From Candidatus Eiseniibacteriota bacterium (GTDB taxonomy: Bacteria > Eisenbacteria > RBG-16-71-46): 64,000 nt of DNA. Shown here piece after piece: positions 58,901-64,000 of this stretch. Every line of letters starts with the position of its first letter. Position 1 is the first letter of the stretch. The notes under the pieces are model-generated. The model had not been told where the DNA came from. It ran no database searches and saw only the letters and a program-made list of their open reading frames with translations. Location of the stretch: NCBI GenBank assembly GCA_963744995.1, contig CAVUWA010000001.1, positions 160,001 through 224,000 on the forward strand. The letters are read 5' to 3'. Both the position numbers and the translations under genes were made by a program.

Positions 58901-59488
58901 GAAGACGATGTCGTTGAGACGGGTGAGATCGGACTCGGTCGCATCCAGCTTGTTGAGCGCTTCCTTCTTCCGGCTCTTGTACTTGGTGATGCCGGAAGCC
59001 TCCTCGAACAGGAAGCGGCGGTGGCCCGAGCCGTCGGACAGCACATGGTCGACCATCGAGCGCTCGATGACCGAGTAGGCGTGGCTGCCCATGCCGGTGT
59101 CGTAGAACAGGTCGCGCACGTCGCGCAGCCGGCAGGGCGCCTTGTTGATGAAGTACTCCGACATGCCGGAGCGGAACACGCGGCGCGAGATCGTGACCTC
59201 GGAGAACTCGACCGGCAGGATGCCGCGATCGTTCTTGAAGGTGAGGTGGACCTCGGCGAGGCCCAGCGGCTTGCGCTTCGGCGAGCCGTTGAAGATCACG
59301 TCTTCCATGGTGCCGCCGCGCAGCTGCTTCGCGCTCTGTTCGCCCAGCACCCAGCGGATCGCGTCGGAGATGTTCGTCTTGCCGCAGCCGTTCGGCCCGA
59401 TGATGCCGGTGATGCCGTGGCCGAATTCGACGGAGGTCTTGTCGACGAAGGATTTGAAGCCCTGAACGTCGAGCTTGTAGAGGAACAT
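55901..59488 (-). CDS. smc: Chromosome segregation protein SMC
   Basis: GFKSF, GPNGCGKTN, FEEASGI, coiled coils and hinge, MSGGERAL, LLDEVDAPLD, ITHN. Confidence 0.97.
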   Translation of the reverse strand: MFLYKLDVQGFKSFVDKTSVEFGHGITGIIGPNGCGKTNISDAIRWVLGEQSAKQLRGGTMEDVIFNGSPKRKPLGLAEVHLTFKNDRGILPVEFSEVTISRRVFRSGMSEYFINKAPCRLRDVRDLFYDTGMGSHAYSVIERSMVDHVLSDGSGHRRFLFEEASGITKYKSRKKEALNKLDATESDLTRLNDIVFEIERELRSLARQVGKARRFKRLRDEIKVMDLHLTADRVEALRAKERESKEQWQEEAVRREGVTAELNAAEAKLNDQKLALLELERELSTAMGGLRDREEARTQAEHQVVLLRERAAGLTRRADENAAEAVRMRERLVEVGERERESEARLGELKTQRESAVTGADAAEAALRQVEAELRERRGVAQERKQLSLDLFSLEAEKRGAIERTRERHSSLAERRDQAAARLAELGTKLEELERQAAAGAEHHTALAADLDRARAARAGVDERLREVAEALRTTGETLAGARQHAAGLESRLATLLELKRNFDGVSEGAKALFSAEERPAGLVGVVADVVEVPSTYLNALEASLGEAAAFVLVENRDALDACLERLRAIESGRATLVDLSMIAGGASAEIPAGEGVLGRASDLVRCEERYRPLVDRLLGSVVVVEDRDAAARHATRSEAGLRFVSLDGEVWERGRVRAGSTGNLGGLLHRETEIRELSGQIAERGLEIEGLDTERRALEARREAMQVERQEAEAEVERRRTALEEHVRRSEALARERTWASGEAEEKRVEIATREAEMEALARSLAEAEGELAEHQREVEAARALLADLDGAVHALEARREEAASAAQGARDTLLRLTREESEWQSQWARAEQTRRELETGLETRQQEERQSRERVAGIEAEVQGLSSGLTGLLESEATQRERVVGMQQRLEALKKDVNAADEHARQKRFEQTELAELLHHIEVDRLQARAELDRTFERLATEYQMDPERWTPEPKPEGFDADDTRKRLEEARTRFRDLGAVNLLAVEEYDKKKERYEFLKQQRADVENARGQLLEAIEKINVTASQLFKETFEKVLVHFQDIFKTLFEGGDAEIRMVGEDPLECEIEIAARPRGKHLQSISLMSGGERALTAIALLFAIYLVKPSPFCLLDEVDAPLDDANVDRFLNLLRRFSNRTQFVVITHNKRTMEFANCLYGVTMQELGVSKLVSVRFDDHSVSPETEAELAAAGAAES

Positions 59489-59920
59489 CCTTGCCCCTTC
59501 CGGGCGCGTCGCCTCGGGGTTCGGGACGGGAACGGCGGCCCTGGTGCGGCCACCGCTCGCGACCCGGGCGGGCTGCGCGCGGCACGCAGGTCCAAGTGCC
59601 TGCGCTTCAATGGTTTGGCCGGAACTTCGAGGTCGTGTTCGGTGCTCTCCGGTCACTGCTCCGGCGGGGCTCGATGTCGCGCCCGATCGAACCGGCAACG
59701 CAGCCGAAACCGCGTGCGCAGCGGGTTCCATGCGGGTGGTGAGCCTTGGCGGGAGAAATTAGCGGGATCGGGGGCTGTGGTCAATGATTTGCCGCGTGGC
59801 GGGTCCGCGGCGTGCGTCTCGGGCGGGCCCGGCCCGATCCGTCCGCCGGAGCACCCTCGCTGCCTCCTCTCTCCTATACTGTCCGCTCCCCGCAGGACGA
59901 CCAACCCAGGAGGTCCGGAG

Positions 59921-60415
59921 ATGAGCATCTCGGAAACCCTGCTGCCCGAATTCGACCAGGAGATGGCTGCGACGCGCCGCGTGCTGGAGCGCGTGCCCGA
60001 CGACGAACCGGGCTGGAAGCCGCATCCGAAGTCGTTCTCCATCGCCCACCTCGCCCAGCTGCTGGCCCGCATGCCGGGGTGGATCGGAGGGGCGCTGACC
60101 ACGACCGAGCTGGACCTCTCGTCCTTCGCGGGCTACAGCAACGAGCGCACGAAGTCGCTGCTCGCCGAGTTCGACGAGAGCGTGGGCAAGGCCCGCGAGG
60201 CGATCGCGGCGGCGAAGGACGCCGACTACCAGGTGCCCTGGTCGCTCAAGATGAAGGGGCAGGTCGTGCTGTCGATGCCGCGCGGCGCGATCGTGCGGCA
60301 GCACATCAGCCACCTCAGCCATCATCGCGGGCAGATGACCGTGTACCTGCGGCTGCGGGACGTGCCGGTGCCGTCGATCTACGGGCCGACGGCGGACGAA
60401 GGGTGGGGCGGGTAG
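59921..60415 (+). CDS. DinB family protein
   Basis: LLPEFDQEMAATRRVLERVP, WKPHPKS, HHRGQMTVYLR..VPSIYGP. Confidence 0.9.
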   Translation: MSISETLLPEFDQEMAATRRVLERVPDDEPGWKPHPKSFSIAHLAQLLARMPGWIGGALTTTELDLSSFAGYSNERTKSLLAEFDESVGKAREAIAAAKDADYQVPWSLKMKGQVVLSMPRGAIVRQHISHLSHHRGQMTVYLRLRDVPVPSIYGPTADEGWGG

Positions 60416-60563
60416 CCGTCTCCGCTCGTGCAGCCGGGCGGGCGGGGCTGCCGGGGCGTTCGCCGGCGCCCGCCCGTCGCGGAGTCCATCCGCCAGATCG
60501 GGAGCGGCTGCCGTCCACGGGGTGAACCAGCATCTCCGGCGGCGCATCCCCCCCGGGCGGACG

Positions 60564-60929
60564 TCAGCCCTCGTCCCGGTTCACCGTCCCCGGCGAGAAC
60601 GCCGGCACGCACACGGCGACGTACTCCGCGCCCTCCTCCCCCGGACTCGAGTAGCGCACCCACTCGCCGGGATGCGTGACGATCGCCTGCCCGGCGCGCA
60701 CCTCGATCACGCCGCCTTCGTGCTCGATCCGCAGCATGCCCTTCAGGACCACCGTGATCTCTTCGAACGCCGGGCGCTGACCGGGCTCGACCCAGCCCAT
60801 GGGCGATACCATGCGCGCCACGCTGACGTTCGTGTGGCCCGAGTTCATGCGCCCCGCGTACTCCTCGATGCGCTTGGGCGGCTCGCCGGCGGCGGGAATC
60901 ACGGCGGGTGCGGCAATCAGCGTGGGCAT
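60564..60929 (-). CDS. Cupin (EutQ-like) protein
   Basis: KRIEEYAG, GWVEPGQRPAFEE, GEWVRYS, PAFSP. Confidence 0.82.
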   Translation of the reverse strand: MPTLIAAPAVIPAAGEPPKRIEEYAGRMNSGHTNVSVARMVSPMGWVEPGQRPAFEEITVVLKGMLRIEHEGGVIEVRAGQAIVTHPGEWVRYSSPGEEGAEYVAVCVPAFSPGTVNRDEG

Positions 60930-60940
60930 CGATCCTCCCT

Positions 60941-62344
60941 TCAGCGCGAAGCCGCGAGCGCCGCGGCCAGCGCAGCCGCGAGCAAAGGCACCTCGCGGTC
61001 GGCGAGTGTTCGCGGGTCGAGGCGCAGCCGGTCGTTGCGAATGACGCCCACGATCGGCGGCTCGGCGGCGCGCGCGAGGGCTTCGAGCGCGCGGGCGCTC
61101 TTCCCGGGGACCCGCACGTCCACCACCGGGCCCGTGAGCTTCTGCAGCGGCAGCGCGCCGCCGCCGACTTCCCCGGCGCCCGCGGCGATCATGGCCTCGA
61201 TGCCGGGCGCGCGCTTCTCGAGTGCGGCTTTGAGCCGCCGCGCGCGCCGCGCCAGCACGGCCGGCGGCGTGGCCAGCATCGCCAGCGTCGGAATCTCGCG
61301 CACGGCGCGCTCGGGATCTGCATAGAGCGGCAACGTGGCTTCGAGCGCGGCGAGCGCCAGCTTGTCGAGCCGCAGCGCGCGGGCGAGCGGGTCGCTCCGG
61401 AGCTGCTTCATCCACTTTTCGCGCCCGAGCACCATGCCGGCCTGCGCGGCGCCGAGCAGCTTGTCGCCCGAAAACGTCACCAGGTCCACGCCCTGCTTCA
61501 GGCTCTCGGCCACGGTCGGCTCGTGCTCGAGCCCGAACGCGGCGACGTCCGCGAGCGCGCCGCTTCCCAGGTCCTCGATCAGCGGCACGCGCTTCCGGCG
61601 CGCGAGCGCGGCCAGCTCGGCGATCTCCGGCTGCCTCGTGAAACCCTGCATGCGGAAATTGCTGCGGTGCACGCGCAGGATCGCGGCGACGTCGGCATGC
61701 TGCGCGAACGCGCGCTCGTAGTCGCGGAGGTGCGTGCGGTTGGTGGCGCCCACCTCGATCAGCCGGGCGCCGCTCTTCTCCATCACCTCGGGCACGCGGA
61801 ACGAGCCGCCGATTTCGACCAGCTCGCCCCGTGACACCACCACGCCGCGTCCTGCGGCCACGGCCGACAGCGCGAGCAGCACCGCACCGGCGCCGTTGTT
61901 GACCACCACCGCGGCCTCCGCGCCGGTGAGCCGCGTGAGCCAGCGCTCGACCCCGGTGCCGCGCTGGCCCCGGCGGCCGGTCTCGAGATCGAGCTCGAGG
62001 CTCGCGTAGCCTTCGGCGACCCGAGCGACCGCCTCGCGCGCGGGCGCCGCGTACGGCGCGCGGCCGAGATTGGTGTGGAGCACGATGCCGGTGGCGTTGA
62101 GCACGCGCCGGAGCACGGGCCGCGCCGCGAGGTGCGCGCGCGCGGCGGCGGTCCCGGCGAGCATCGCGGCCGACGGCACCTCCGCGCGACCGTTCCTGCG
62201 CAGCACCGCGCGCGCCGCATTCACGCTGTCGCGCACGGCCTCGACCACGATCGGCCGTGGCAGCGTTTCCAGCGCCCGGGCGAGCGCCGGCTGTCCGAGC
62301 ACGGTCTCCACGGCGGGGAGCTTCTGGAGCGCGTTCTTCTTCAT
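60941..62344 (-). CDS. selA: L-seryl-tRNA(Sec) selenium transferase
   Basis: VLNATGIVLHTNLGRAP, VVNNGA, SRGELVEIGGSFR, EVGATNRT, EDLGSG, FSGDKLLG. Confidence 0.95.
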   Translation of the reverse strand: MKKNALQKLPAVETVLGQPALARALETLPRPIVVEAVRDSVNAARAVLRRNGRAEVPSAAMLAGTAAARAHLAARPVLRRVLNATGIVLHTNLGRAPYAAPAREAVARVAEGYASLELDLETGRRGQRGTGVERWLTRLTGAEAAVVVNNGAGAVLLALSAVAAGRGVVVSRGELVEIGGSFRVPEVMEKSGARLIEVGATNRTHLRDYERAFAQHADVAAILRVHRSNFRMQGFTRQPEIAELAALARRKRVPLIEDLGSGALADVAAFGLEHEPTVAESLKQGVDLVTFSGDKLLGAAQAGMVLGREKWMKQLRSDPLARALRLDKLALAALEATLPLYADPERAVREIPTLAMLATPPAVLARRARRLKAALEKRAPGIEAMIAAGAGEVGGGALPLQKLTGPVVDVRVPGKSARALEALARAAEPPIVGVIRNDRLRLDPRTLADREVPLLAAALAAALAASR

Positions 62345-62465
62345 GGCGCGCGATCCTACCGGCGCGGCGTCCGCGGCGAAAGCGGACCGGGCAGCCGCGG
62401 CCGATCGGGCGCGGCCGGGGTCGAGGGCGACGGTGCTGCGGATCCCGCGCCCGGGCCGGGTGCGT

Positions 62466-62999
62466 TCAGTCGATCGGCCACTCGCCCGCCAGCAGGCGCG
62501 GCACCAGCGGCTGCACGATCCGCCAGGTCGCCCCCCACAGGCGGTGGGGTCCGAGGCGCAGGAACTCGATGCGCACGGGCTCCGCCATGCCGGCGAAGCG
62601 TTCGTGCGTCTCCCCGAGCAGGTCCTCGCGGGCGAGGTCCGCGACCGCGATCTCGAGCACTTCGCTCACCTCCGCCGCCTGCGGGGTCCATGGGCCCGGG
62701 CGGACGCGGGCGAGGTAGGGGTGGATGCGGTAGCCGGAGCTGTAGGTGGTGATCGTCGGCAGCTCGGCGAGCATCCGGACCCCCTGGCGATCGAGTCCGA
62801 TCTCCTCTTCGGCCTCGCGCAGCGCGGTCTCGGCATAGCTGGCGTCCACCGACTCGCGGCGTCCGCCCGGAAAGGCGATCTGGCCGCCGTGAATGCCGTG
62901 CTCGGTGCGGCGGATGAACACCATGCGCAGCCGCCCGGCCGCGTCCCGGAAGACCGGCGCGAGGACCGCGGCATCACGAAGGCGGGTGCTCTGGATCAT
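62466..62999 (-). CDS. Nudix CoA pyrophosphatase
   Basis: AAVL, HGGQIAFPGG, ALREAEEEIG, LWGATW. Confidence 0.88.
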   Translation of the reverse strand: MIQSTRLRDAAVLAPVFRDAAGRLRMVFIRRTEHGIHGGQIAFPGGRRESVDASYAETALREAEEEIGLDRQGVRMLAELPTITTYSSGYRIHPYLARVRPGPWTPQAAEVSEVLEIAVADLAREDLLGETHERFAGMAEPVRIEFLRLGPHRLWGATWRIVQPLVPRLLAGEWPID

Positions 63000-63277
63000 G
63001 GCCGCCACTTTACACCGGCCGCGGGCGAGCGGCGTTCGGGAACGGTCAGAAACGCGGGCCGCGCGGGCCCTGGTGGCGGAACGAGACGGCCGCCGGGCGC
63101 ACGCGGCACGCACGCCCCGACCGCAAAGCAGGAGCCCGCAGCCGGAGGACCGTCATGGTCTTCCGGCCGCGGGCCGGGAGGAGCCGGATGGAACCGGCTT
63201 CTTCGAGGGGGGAATACCGCGGTGCATTCGAGGTTGGCGCTGAAACGCATCCGCGGCGGCGGGATGTCGCCGAAGGC

Positions 63278-63382
63278 CTAGCGGTGCCTGGCCTTCTTCC
63301 GCGACGCAACGCGCGAATACCAGAGGAGCCCGAACACGACCACCAGGGCCCAGAGGACGATGTTCATCACCAAGGCGCTCAC
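63278..63382 (-). CDS. Small single-pass membrane protein (34 aa; not in the ORF track)
   Basis: MSALVMNIVLWALVVVFGLLWYSRVASRKKARHR*; AAAGGAAG upstream; TM helix plus basic tail. Confidence 0.55.
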   Translation of the reverse strand: MSALVMNIVLWALVVVFGLLWYSRVASRKKARHR

Positions 63383-63454
63383 CTTCCTTTCAAGCGGCGG
63401 GCCGGACGCGGACGTCCGACCGGGGTGCGGCCCGGCGCATACCGGGCCTCACGA

Positions 63455-64000
63455 TCAGTTGGCCACCAGGGCCTTCATGAGCTGGATGCCGGCGGGCCCG
63501 AGAATCACGACGAGCAGGGCCGGGAAGATCAGGAAGACGAGCGGGAAGGCGAGCTTGATGCTGGCCTTGCGCGCGAGCTGTTCGGCGCGCTGACGCCGCT
63601 TGGTCCGCATGGATTCGGCGTGCGAGCGCAGCGACTGCGCGATGCTGGTGCCGAGCTTGTCGGTCTGGATCAGCATGGCGACCAGCGAGTAGATGTCCTC
63701 GACGCCGGTCCGCTCGGCCAGATTGCGCAGCGCATCGGTGCGCGACACGCCGGTCTGCATCTCCTGGTTCACCAGCAGCAGCTCCTCCGAGAGCGACCGG
63801 CTGGCCAGAGCCATCTCCTGGCCGACGCGCTGGATCGCCGCCGCCATGCCGAGGCCGGCCTCGACGCACACGACCATGAGGTCGAGCGAGTCGGGCAGCG
63901 CCGACTGGATGTCGTCGTGACGCTGGCGCTGGCGCAGGGCGATGAACCACGTCGGCACGTAGAAGCCGATGACCGCGAGCAGCAACGACCAGCTGATCGC
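63455..64000 (-). CDS. tadC: TadC / T2SS F-family pilus assembly protein, 5'-truncated by window edge
   Basis: LPDSLDLMVVCVEAGL, LIQTDKLGTSI, RRQRAEQLARKASIKLAFPL. Confidence 0.9.
   Translation of the reverse strand, partial: AISWSLLLAVIGFYVPTWFIALRQRQRHDDIQSALPDSLDLMVVCVEAGLGMAAAIQRVGQEMALASRSLSEELLLVNQEMQTGVSRTDALRNLAERTGVEDIYSLVAMLIQTDKLGTSIAQSLRSHAESMRTKRRQRAEQLARKASIKLAFPLVFLIFPALLVVILGPAGIQLMKALVAN

Noticed and set aside
55835..59920. 1526-aa plus-strand ORF and many other long overlapping ORFs (e.g. 20390-23068, 25862-28354, 46496-48529)
   Set aside because: Shadow ORFs typical of high-GC DNA, overlapping well-supported genes; only their distal parts (DinB, nitronate monooxygenase) are real
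60941..63280. Selenocysteine system (selC tRNA, selenoproteins) near selA
   Set aside because: No tRNA-Sec cloverleaf or selB seen; TlpA, MsrA and the redoxins have Cys or no residue rather than an in-frame TGA

Overview
High-GC bacterial chromosomal window. FlgD/T9SS-like C-terminal domains and WGxxKxxYR tails suggest an FCB-related lineage such as Ca. Eisenbacteria; this is inference only. Most of the window is ordinary backbone: PPi-PFK, a TlpA-DUF4266-DUF3570-ApbE flavinylation cluster, a MacAB-like exporter, an OPT transporter, an iorAB plus ADP-forming acyl-CoA ligase operon with a sigma54-type promoter, an octaheme HAO-family cytochrome, kup, ALDH7, a TPR-CHAT protein, msrA, archease, radC, ftsY-smc, selA and tadC. 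Two things stand out. (1) The comM (YifB) locus is a cassette-like integration hotspot. The last ~456 bp of comM, starting exactly at the NPC-F-CG codons, occurs twice, 5,909 bp apart, at ~92% identity by my manual alignment and with mostly synonymous differences. Each tail is followed by atypical secreted-protein cargo, a tandem-HTH XRE gene abuts the second tail, and no integrase is present. A decayed paralog of the first unit's glycosidase-like gene lies after the second tail, and comM itself carries a palindrome-rich in-frame insertion. (2) Three unrelated signal-peptide proteins end in the same 17-aa tail, P[TV]Px4[ST]WGx[LI]KxxYR-stop, a candidate C-terminal protein-sorting signal for which I know no characterised system. 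I saw no rRNA, tRNA or CRISPR array.
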